From an uncultured Acidimicrobiaceae bacterium (GTDB taxonomy: Bacteria > Actinomycetota > Acidimicrobiia > Spongiisociales > UBA5794), in contig CAMYKI010000002.1 in assembly GCA_947258985.1 (NCBI GenBank), positions 10,248 to 74,247 of the forward strand: 64,000 nucleotides of DNA, given 5' to 3'. The notes below the pieces were generated by a model, which was not told the origin of the DNA, ran no database searches, and saw nothing but the letters and a program-made list of their open reading frames with translations. Both the position numbers and the translations under genes were made by a program. This document shows, piece by piece, positions 9,624-17,323 of the stretch (the first letter of the stretch is position 1; every line of letters starts with the position of its first letter).

Positions 9624-11396
9624 CTATTCCGCCGGGGTCTCGGCGCCGGATCCGCCACGGCCGAGAATCTCGCGTCGCAGGGGGGCGAAGTTGTATACGT
9701 AACCCATCACCGGTACTCGGACTACCGCCAGGTACTGCCGGAGTTCCTCTGCCGTGGCAATGTCGCCCTTGTGCGGGACGACCACAAGGACCTGTTGTCC
9801 CAGGCGGACCACCGCGGAGCCGTGCGCCAGACGCAATACCGGTGGTGCATCTATCAGTACGAGATCGAATGACTCTTCGAGGGCATCGATGAGACCGGAG
9901 GCTTTGGTCGTACCGAAGAAGTCGGGCATCTGGCTCGCCAGGGTGCCTCGTTTGAACAGGGTGAGGTTCGTGCCGTCTGCACCGGTGAGGGACTCTCCGA
10001 CGCTTGCGAGGTCGGCTTCGCCGGCAGCAACATCCGTCAAGCCCTCGCCGTCCAGCCCTTCGGTGCTGAGAAGCGTCGTGAGTGCGGGGTTGACAAAGTC
10101 GGCATCGACCACGGCGACACGATTGCCACCGCGAGCAGCCGCAAACGCTGTGTTGGCGGTCACAGTGGTCTTGCCGTCGGCAAGCGTGGCAGAGGCCACC
10201 ACCACAGTCTTGAACGCGACATCGTCGTCGGACGAGTGCTGTCTGAGAGCAATTCCGGTAGCTACGAACCGGAACGATTCGGCTGCGGCTGAGTTGGGAG
10301 CGTCGGTCGTCGGCAAGTCAGACGAGAGGCGTTCGTCGCCGAATATCGGAATGTCGGATATGAGCCCGGTCTGGAGGATTGCCTGGGGTTCGCGCCGGGC
10401 TCGGAAGCTGCGCCGGCGCCGCGCCAACGATTGGGCGATTGCCGCACCGAGCATGGCTCCGCCGAGGACGCCGAGGACAATGAACAGGACACCACTTGAA
10501 GCTTCGGCGGTTTCTGCCGGCGAAGAGAAGACAACGCCGTTGCCGGCGAGTTCGGCGTCGACGGCAAGTTGGTCTCGCCGCAGCTGCAGGGCGCTGAGCC
10601 GGCTGCGCACCTCATCCTGCTGGAGGACGATTGCGGCGGTTGCTTCCTCGTCCACTGTGAACGTTCCAACTGCGATACGGAGCACGTTGACCCGGTCCCG
10701 GAGCTCTTCACGTCGCCGAGCCGATGCCGCGATCTCCTCGGGTGTTGCAGTTATCGGGGGCGCTTCATAAGCCAACAGTTCTTCGATGGCTTGCTGCAGT
10801 TGCGCCTCGGCGAGGAGTTGCTCGTCGGAAACCTCCTGCAGAACAGCGAGCTCGATCGACAGCTCAACGAGTTGTGCTTTCTGCTCGGCAATCTTGAGGT
10901 CCAGCTCCGCCAGGGCATCGCTGAATGTCGCCTCAGCTCCCTCCTGGCTGATGGACTCGTATGCGTCCGAGGTTGCGTTGGCCGCAATCACGGCTACGTC
11001 GGCCGTCGGATGTGAATAGGAGATGAAGATGAGATCGGTGGCCTCGGCGGCGCCGACCGTGAGGTTCTCTAGGTATTCGTCGATGTCGATCACGATCGGA
11101 TTCTCGAGGTCTGCGAGGTCGGAAAGGGTGCGGCGAGCCACGGACCTCGATCTGATGATCTCAATCTGGTCGGCCACGTACCTTGCTGGATCAAGACGTT
11201 GCGTCTGATCGAAGACAATCGAAGAACGAGGGTCCTGCACTGCGATTGTCGTCGCCGCCGTCCAGGCTGCCGAGGTCTGCGCAAACCACCAACCCAGGCC
11301 ACCAAAGACCAGGATGAACGCAAGCACCAGCCATCGGTATCGCCATGCGGCGCCGGGCAGCGTCGGTTCGAGATTGAGGTTTGTGGGCGTCAGCAT
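9624..11396 (-). CDS. Polysaccharide co-polymerase (Wzz-like) fused to a BY-kinase/MinD-like P-loop ATPase domain
   Basis: N-terminal TM + long coiled-coil periplasmic region + second TM; C-terminal Walker A (SATLADGKTT), Walker A' (VAVVDADF) and Walker B (DLVLIDAPP). No C-terminal Tyr cluster. Confidence 0.7.
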   Translation of the reverse strand: MLTPTNLNLEPTLPGAAWRYRWLVLAFILVFGGLGWWFAQTSAAWTAATTIAVQDPRSSIVFDQTQRLDPARYVADQIEIIRSRSVARRTLSDLADLENPIVIDIDEYLENLTVGAAEATDLIFISYSHPTADVAVIAANATSDAYESISQEGAEATFSDALAELDLKIAEQKAQLVELSIELAVLQEVSDEQLLAEAQLQQAIEELLAYEAPPITATPEEIAASARRREELRDRVNVLRIAVGTFTVDEEATAAIVLQQDEVRSRLSALQLRRDQLAVDAELAGNGVVFSSPAETAEASSGVLFIVLGVLGGAMLGAAIAQSLARRRRSFRARREPQAILQTGLISDIPIFGDERLSSDLPTTDAPNSAAAESFRFVATGIALRQHSSDDDVAFKTVVVASATLADGKTTVTANTAFAAARGGNRVAVVDADFVNPALTTLLSTEGLDGEGLTDVAAGEADLASVGESLTGADGTNLTLFKRGTLASQMPDFFGTTKASGLIDALEESFDLVLIDAPPVLRLAHGSAVVRLGQQVLVVVPHKGDIATAEELRQYLAVVRVPVMGYVYNFAPLRREILGRGGSGAETPAE

Positions 11397-11483
11397 TACT
11401 GACCTTCAGTGGCTGGAGGAAAACAGGAGCGAGCGTACTACACCGCCGCGGTAGGCCCCCCGTGGTGACGCGTATCTGGTTAG

Positions 11484-11686
11484 GAGACCGTTGCACAAAG
11501 GCGGTGAGGCTCGCCGGTGCAGCGAAGTGTCTGCTCGCGGGGCGGTCGTCGGGTCGGAACTCGCATTGTGCAGCGGGCTTCCAGGAGACGGTTGAGCAAA
11601 GGCGGTGAGGCTCGCCGGTGCGACGAAGTGTCTGGTCGCGGGGTAGGCGTCGGGTCGGAACTCGCATTGTTCAACAGTCTCCCAAG
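11484..11686. repeat. Intergenic tandem duplication, 2 copies of a ~101-bp unit (~85-90% identity)
   Basis: Copy 1 begins gagaccgttgcacaaaggcggtgaggctcgccggtgcagcgaagtgtctgctcgcgggg...; copy 2 begins gagacggttgagcaaaggcggtgaggctcgccggtgcgacgaagtgtctggtcgcgggg...; lies between divergent glycan-synthesis operons. Confidence 0.85.
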
Positions 11687-11903
11687 ACACCGCGCACGGG
11701 CGGTTCGGCTGCCGAGGTCACGCGGGCCGGCGCCCGCCGATTGCCGAGGGAGTAGCTATGACATAGCCAAGGTTGGGCCGCGTGTGTCGCCATCAACCAT
11801 GGATGGCTTAGGATGCGCACGCTGGGGCGCATGGCCCAAGCGTGGTAGAGACCCAATAGGGGGCGGGGGAAGTGATCCCGCCTCGGTAGAGAGGTAGGGA
11901 CAG

Positions 11904-12923
11904 GTGAAGCTACTAATTTTTGGCGCCGGAGGTTTTATTGGCTCGAACCTCGCTGAGCACCTGATCGAACAGGGTGAACACGAGGTGGTAGGGCTCGACG
12001 TCACCGCCGACAAGCTTGCCGGGATCGAGGGCCCGAACTTCAAGTTCGTCAAGGGCAACATCGCCGACGCCGACCTGGCAAACAAGCTGGTGGCCGATTG
12101 CGACGTCGTCGTCGATCTAATCGCATACGCCAACCCGAGCATTTACGTCGAGAAGCCACTCGATGTTGTGCATCTGAACTTCTTCGAGAACATGAAGATT
12201 CTCGAGTACTGCCTCAGTCATCAGAAGCGATTGGTCCAGTACTCGACGTCTGAGGTCTACGGCAAGCGCACCCGGGATGAGAGCTACAGCGACGACCATT
12301 CCGATCTCGTCATGGGTCCTGTGCAGAAGCAGCGTTGGATCTATGCATCGTCGAAGCAGTTGCTCGAGCGGATCATCTACGCTCACGGCGTCCAAGGCGA
12401 TCTGGACTACTCGATCATTCGTCCATTCAACTTCGTCGGACCGCGGTTCGACTACCTGGTTCCGGCCGGGTCCAAAGGCGGTCCCCGTGTGTTCTCTCAT
12501 TTCCTCTCGGCGTTGCTGACCGGTGGCCCGATCCAACTTGTAGACGGTGGGGATAAGCACCGCTGCTTCACCCACATCAAGGACGCTTGTGAAGCCTTCA
12601 GCGCGATCCTCGAGAATCCGGCCGGCCATAACGAGATCTTCAACGTTGGCAATCCGGACACCAATACAACGATGCGTGGTTTGGCCAAGATGATGCAGTC
12701 GATCTACGGGGAGCTCACGGGAACGCATCCTGACAATGAGCTCATCGACATCGACGGCGAAGACTTCTATGGCAAGGGTTACGAGGACATGGATCGGGTT
12801 CCGCCGGACGTGACCAAGCTCATGGCGCTTGGCTGGAAGCCGACCCGTGATCTCGATACGATCTTCCGCGAGGCGATCCAGTACTACCTGGATCGTCCTG
12901 ATCTGACAGCGGCCATTCGGTAG
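11904..12923 (+). CDS. NAD-dependent epimerase/dehydratase (UDP-glucuronate decarboxylase / ArnA-dehydrogenase-domain-like short-chain dehydrogenase/reductase)
   Basis: Rossmann motif MKLLIFGAGGFIGSNL, catalytic YASSKQ (YxxxK) motif, 339 aa. Confidence 0.7.
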   Translation: MKLLIFGAGGFIGSNLAEHLIEQGEHEVVGLDVTADKLAGIEGPNFKFVKGNIADADLANKLVADCDVVVDLIAYANPSIYVEKPLDVVHLNFFENMKILEYCLSHQKRLVQYSTSEVYGKRTRDESYSDDHSDLVMGPVQKQRWIYASSKQLLERIIYAHGVQGDLDYSIIRPFNFVGPRFDYLVPAGSKGGPRVFSHFLSALLTGGPIQLVDGGDKHRCFTHIKDACEAFSAILENPAGHNEIFNVGNPDTNTTMRGLAKMMQSIYGELTGTHPDNELIDIDGEDFYGKGYEDMDRVPPDVTKLMALGWKPTRDLDTIFREAIQYYLDRPDLTAAIR

Positions 12924-12935
12924 TTAGGAGCCGCG

Positions 12936-15326
12936 GTGGGGTGGATTGAGGGGCGTCGAAGATGGGTCTGGCTGTCCGGGCTCGTCTTCGTCGCGCTCCT
13001 TTTGACTCCGGTCGGGGTATCCGGCGCGGTGCCGGTGTCGAGTGGCGACGATGTTCTGATCATCGCCGCCCACCCGGACGATGATGTGATCACCGCCGCG
13101 GGGATCATTGAGGATCAGCTCGACGTTGGCGGGACCGTCACCGTGGCTTACGTCACGAACGGAGATCGGTGCGAGTCGCAGAGCCAGGTGGACAACGGGC
13201 GCTGCTCTGAACTGCAACCGGGTATCGGGACGGTCCGCCAAGGCGAAGCGGTCGATGCAGAGCGCGAGTTGGGCACGGTCGTCGGTAGCGACGAGAGCAA
13301 CCTCATCTTCATGGGATATCCCAATGGCTTTGTCGATGCGGTGCGTTACGGATGGGCACTACCGGAACTCTTCCATGACGAGACCTACGCCTCGCGGGGC
13401 TTGGGGGGTACCGACTGGCACGACCACCGCACTGGGGATCATGCCGCCTATACCGCGCAGAATCTCCTGGACGATATGGAGGCAGTGATCGAGGCCCGTA
13501 AGCCTGATCACATCTTCACCCACATGCGCTGGGACCGGCACGAGGACCATAGGGGCACCTACTACGTGGTCATTGATGCCGTCGAAAACGTGCAGGATGG
13601 CGATCCGAGTTACAACCCCTATATCCACACCGCACTGGTCCACGTTAAGGATCCGGCGCAATGGGGCCAATGGCCGGCATCCTCCAACCCGACTACTCCG
13701 GTGAACGAGTACTCGGAGCTCGGCGAAGACACCAACGATGAACTCGTATGGGATCAGCGGGAGAGCTTCGAGGTGCCGCCCGAGATGCAATTGCCCTACT
13801 ACTCGGGATCCAATCCCAAGGCTGAGGCTATTGAGGAGCATTCCAGCCAACTGGCCGACGGCTTCATCCGCCGGTTTGCCCACAGCGACGAGGTCTTCTG
13901 GGTTGAGAAGCTGGGTGCGGCAGAAGGACGTGACGACAACCACAGCCTCGATGAGGGCGGCTCGATCGCCGTGTCGGCCTCCGGGTTGCTGCGCAACGAC
14001 GTACGCGGCATTGGTATGCCGTTCGGCGTTGCCCCGGGCATTGATCCGACACCCCTCGGTCCAATGAGCGCAGTGAAGGTGACGAACCCCTCCCATGGGT
14101 CGGTGACCGTTGGATCCGATGGCTCGTTTACGTACACGCACGACGGCTCGGAGGCGGCGACCGACTCCTTCACGTACCGACCGGTCCAGGGATCCACCAA
14201 CGGATCGGTTGCGACGGTGACCATCAACGTCAATCCGATCAACGACCCCCCGAGCGCCGTTGCCGATGGTCCGTACACGGTCGCAAACGGCGGGACCAGC
14301 GACCTTCCTGTGCTCGGCAACGACACCGACCCAGAGAACGATCCACTCACGGCCATCGCAGACGCCGGTCCGCAACACGGGACGTTGCTCCCCAAAAGCA
14401 GCGGTTTCGCGTATACCCACGATGGGTCGGCCACGACAAGCGATTCCTTCACCTATCACGTGCGCGATACCGGCGGGTTGACCTCCGGTCCGGTGACGGT
14501 CTCAATAGACATCATCGAGGAAGTTCCCGATCCGCTTTCGGTGACGATGTCCGGCCCCGCCTTCGGTTCGCCGGGCACGACCGCAACGTACACAGCCGCT
14601 GCCAGCGGCGGGTCCGGTTCGGCCACCATCTCATGGTCGGTCATGCGGTCGGGCGTTGAGGTCGACTCAGGGGAAGGCACCACCTTCGATTTCGAGCCGG
14701 ATTTGGCCGGGGCTCACACGGTTATGGCAACGGCCGAAGACGGCTCCGACACCGACAGCGATTCGCTGGGTTTGACCGTCATGGAAGACATCGTAGGAAA
14801 CGTCTTCGCTGCCGACATCCTCTGGCTCGCCGACGAGGGCATCACCTTCGGCTGCAATCCGCCGGTCAACGATCAGTTCTGTCCGAAGGCGCTGGTGACT
14901 CGTGGGCAGATGGCTGCTTTCCTCGTGCGTTTCCTCGGCCTGACGGCCAGCGACGATGCGATCAACTTCACCGATACCGTTGGCAATATCTTTGCCGGGG
15001 ATATCCGGAAGTTGGCGACCGCAGGTATCACCCGCGGGTGCAACCCACCGGCTAACACTGAGTTCTGTCCCAACTCCTCGGTGACCCGGGGTCAGATGGC
15101 AGCATTCCTAGTGCGGGCGCTGGGACTCACCGACGATGGCGGCGGCAACCTGTTCACCGATGACAATGGTTCGATCTTCGAATCCGACATCGATCGGCTG
15201 GCGACCGCTGGCGTGACCAAGGGCTGCAATGCCGAGGGCACGCATTTCTGTCCAAGCGGATCGGTGACCCGGGAGCAGATGGCCGCTTTCCTGCATCGTG
15301 CTGCAGACCTCCTTCCCGGCAGATAA
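12936..15326 (+). CDS. Secreted multidomain surface protein: PIG-L/LmbE-family deacetylase + cadherin-like/PKD-like repeats + C-terminal triple SLH-like cell-wall-binding module
   Basis: Signal peptide; AHPDDDVITAAG (PIG-L HPDDE-like motif) and His/Asp clusters (WHDHRTGDH, RHEDH); repeats DSFTYRPVQGS...VTINVNPINDPP (cadherin/VCBS-like); three C-terminal repeats of the pattern FxDxxxxIFxxDIxxLAxxGITxGCNPPxNxxFCPxxxVTRGQMAAFLVRAL. Confidence 0.7.
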   Translation: MGWIEGRRRWVWLSGLVFVALLLTPVGVSGAVPVSSGDDVLIIAAHPDDDVITAAGIIEDQLDVGGTVTVAYVTNGDRCESQSQVDNGRCSELQPGIGTVRQGEAVDAERELGTVVGSDESNLIFMGYPNGFVDAVRYGWALPELFHDETYASRGLGGTDWHDHRTGDHAAYTAQNLLDDMEAVIEARKPDHIFTHMRWDRHEDHRGTYYVVIDAVENVQDGDPSYNPYIHTALVHVKDPAQWGQWPASSNPTTPVNEYSELGEDTNDELVWDQRESFEVPPEMQLPYYSGSNPKAEAIEEHSSQLADGFIRRFAHSDEVFWVEKLGAAEGRDDNHSLDEGGSIAVSASGLLRNDVRGIGMPFGVAPGIDPTPLGPMSAVKVTNPSHGSVTVGSDGSFTYTHDGSEAATDSFTYRPVQGSTNGSVATVTINVNPINDPPSAVADGPYTVANGGTSDLPVLGNDTDPENDPLTAIADAGPQHGTLLPKSSGFAYTHDGSATTSDSFTYHVRDTGGLTSGPVTVSIDIIEEVPDPLSVTMSGPAFGSPGTTATYTAAASGGSGSATISWSVMRSGVEVDSGEGTTFDFEPDLAGAHTVMATAEDGSDTDSDSLGLTVMEDIVGNVFAADILWLADEGITFGCNPPVNDQFCPKALVTRGQMAAFLVRFLGLTASDDAINFTDTVGNIFAGDIRKLATAGITRGCNPPANTEFCPNSSVTRGQMAAFLVRALGLTDDGGGNLFTDDNGSIFESDIDRLATAGVTKGCNAEGTHFCPSGSVTREQMAAFLHRAADLLPGR

Positions 15327-15377
15327 TGCTCGGCGCGTCGTACGATGCGTGTATAGAACTCTTGAGAGGAAATCGTC

Positions 15378-17150
15378 ATGACTCGGGCTAGTGGGAAACG
15401 GCACCGACCGCTCATTCTCGTTATCGGCATCGCGCTCCTTCTCGGGGTGGTGGCCGCACCCGGTACTCCGGCCGCCGACGCCTCGTTTCCCGGCGGGAGC
15501 GACTGGATAGTCTTCACTGGAGCCGACGAGGCCGGGACCGGCGATCAAGAGATATGGGCAATTGCTGCCGACGAATCGACCAGACCTGTCAACCTGACCA
15601 AGAACCAGTTGCTCGAGGGCGATCCGGCCTTCTCTGCCGACGGATCTCGCCTGGCTTTCGCCCGAGATGTGGGCGGTTCTTCCGCCATCTACGTTGCCGA
15701 TTTCGATCCGACAGGTCCGGCACTCGGCCCCGCACTCAAGGTCAGCAGCGGACCGATCGATGGCGGGCCGACCTGGTCGCCGGACGGGACGACGGTCGCA
15801 TTTCAGCGGAAGATCATTACAACGATGGCTTCTGGCGCGGCCGACGCCGCTGCTCCAAAGGATTTGATCGACGGGTCCGGGAATTTCGTTGCCAGAGGGG
15901 TTGTCGTCGGCGATACCGTGAGGAACCTCTCGGATGGGTCTAGTGGCATTGCCGCCGCAGTGTCGCCGTCTACGGTTGCGATCGCTGGTGGCCTTGTCGG
16001 AGGGACCTCCAACTCGTGGAAAGCCGGCGACACATACGCCGTGGAGCGATCTCACCGGCAGATCTTCGCTGTGCCGGCCGATGGATCAAACGCCGCCGGT
16101 ACGCGCCTGTCTCCCTCGGGGTCGCAGTTGCTCTACGACGACCAAGAGCCGGCCTGGTCACCCGACGGCGCCTTGATCGCCTTCACCTCCACCCAGGAAA
16201 GCGGCAACTCGGATATCTTCACCATGGCGGCAAGTGGTGGTTCGCGGAAGAACCTCACCAACGTGGGGTCTCTCGACAACGTTGCCAGTCGTGCCAGTTG
16301 GGCGCCGGACGGGCAGAACATCGCTTTTCAAATCGCCGAGCCCAACGTCGCCGACCAGAACATCTACAGGATGTCGCGAACGGGCGCAGGTGTGACCTTG
16401 ATTACCGGTGCAGCTGTGAGTGGAACCGACAACGACGTGGAGCCGGCCTGGTCGCCAGATGGCGCCCGCATCGGTTTCCGACGCGGCGGAACCGGAGGCA
16501 ACAAGCTCTACGTGATCAACGACGACGGAAGCGGTGTGGCAACGCGACTCGGGTCCGGTTCGCTGCCGGCTTTCAATAGCGACCCCGAGTGGCGACCGGT
16601 CATGCTGCTCTCCGACATCAGCAGCAGCCCGTTCTTCTTCGACATCCTGTGGCTGGCCGGGCGCGAGATCACCAAGGGCTGCAACCCGCCGATAAACGAT
16701 CAATTCTGTCCAGGTTCTCTGGTTACGCGGGGTCAGATGGCAGCTTTCCTGGTGCGGTTCCTAGCGTTGACGGCGAGCGACTCGTCGATCAGCTTCACCG
16801 ACACGGCTGGCAACATCTTTGCCGGAGATATCCGAAAGCTGGCAACGGCCGGCATCACTCGGGGCTGCAACCCGCCGGCCAATACGGAGTTCTGTCCGCA
16901 TGACTCGGTGACGCGGGGTCAGATGGCGGCTTTCCTGGTTCGTGCGCTGGGCCTCACGGATGATGGTGGCGGGAATCTGTTCGCCGATGTCGATGGTTCG
17001 ATCTTTCAGGAAGATATCGACAGGCTGGCAACCGCCGGCATAACAAAGGGCTGCAACCCGCCGGCCAACACGCGGTTCTGTCCGTACAGTTCAGTTACTC
17101 GTGGGCAGATGGCGGCGTTCTTGCATCGTGCCGCCAAGCACCTACCCTGA
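15378..17150 (+). CDS. Secreted TolB-like beta-propeller protein with C-terminal triple SLH-like module
   Basis: Signal peptide; repeated PxWSPDGxxIAF blades (PTWSPDGTTVAF, PAWSPDGALIAF, ASWAPDGQNIAF, PAWSPDGARIGF); same three C-terminal SLH-like repeats as the preceding gene. Confidence 0.7.
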   Translation: MTRASGKRHRPLILVIGIALLLGVVAAPGTPAADASFPGGSDWIVFTGADEAGTGDQEIWAIAADESTRPVNLTKNQLLEGDPAFSADGSRLAFARDVGGSSAIYVADFDPTGPALGPALKVSSGPIDGGPTWSPDGTTVAFQRKIITTMASGAADAAAPKDLIDGSGNFVARGVVVGDTVRNLSDGSSGIAAAVSPSTVAIAGGLVGGTSNSWKAGDTYAVERSHRQIFAVPADGSNAAGTRLSPSGSQLLYDDQEPAWSPDGALIAFTSTQESGNSDIFTMAASGGSRKNLTNVGSLDNVASRASWAPDGQNIAFQIAEPNVADQNIYRMSRTGAGVTLITGAAVSGTDNDVEPAWSPDGARIGFRRGGTGGNKLYVINDDGSGVATRLGSGSLPAFNSDPEWRPVMLLSDISSSPFFFDILWLAGREITKGCNPPINDQFCPGSLVTRGQMAAFLVRFLALTASDSSISFTDTAGNIFAGDIRKLATAGITRGCNPPANTEFCPHDSVTRGQMAAFLVRALGLTDDGGGNLFADVDGSIFQEDIDRLATAGITKGCNPPANTRFCPYSSVTRGQMAAFLHRAAKHLP

Positions 17151-17323
17151 CCACTAGACCATTACGGATCATATCTAGCCGGTGAGGGGAGGAAGGCTCC
17201 AAAATACGGATTGTGGTTGAGTGTACTCTTAGAGCGGTGGGCCAGGTGAGCGTGCCACGTTCAGCCTTCCCGTTCTACCGGTAGGAAAATGGTTCTTAGT
17301 CAAGGAATTGTGAGGGATTTGTC

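Noticed and set aside
11406-11690. Minus-strand ORFs 11406-11690 and 11480-11674 with near-identical translations
   Set aside because: They lie entirely within the 101-bp tandem duplication and simply mirror the repeat; no RBS or start context.
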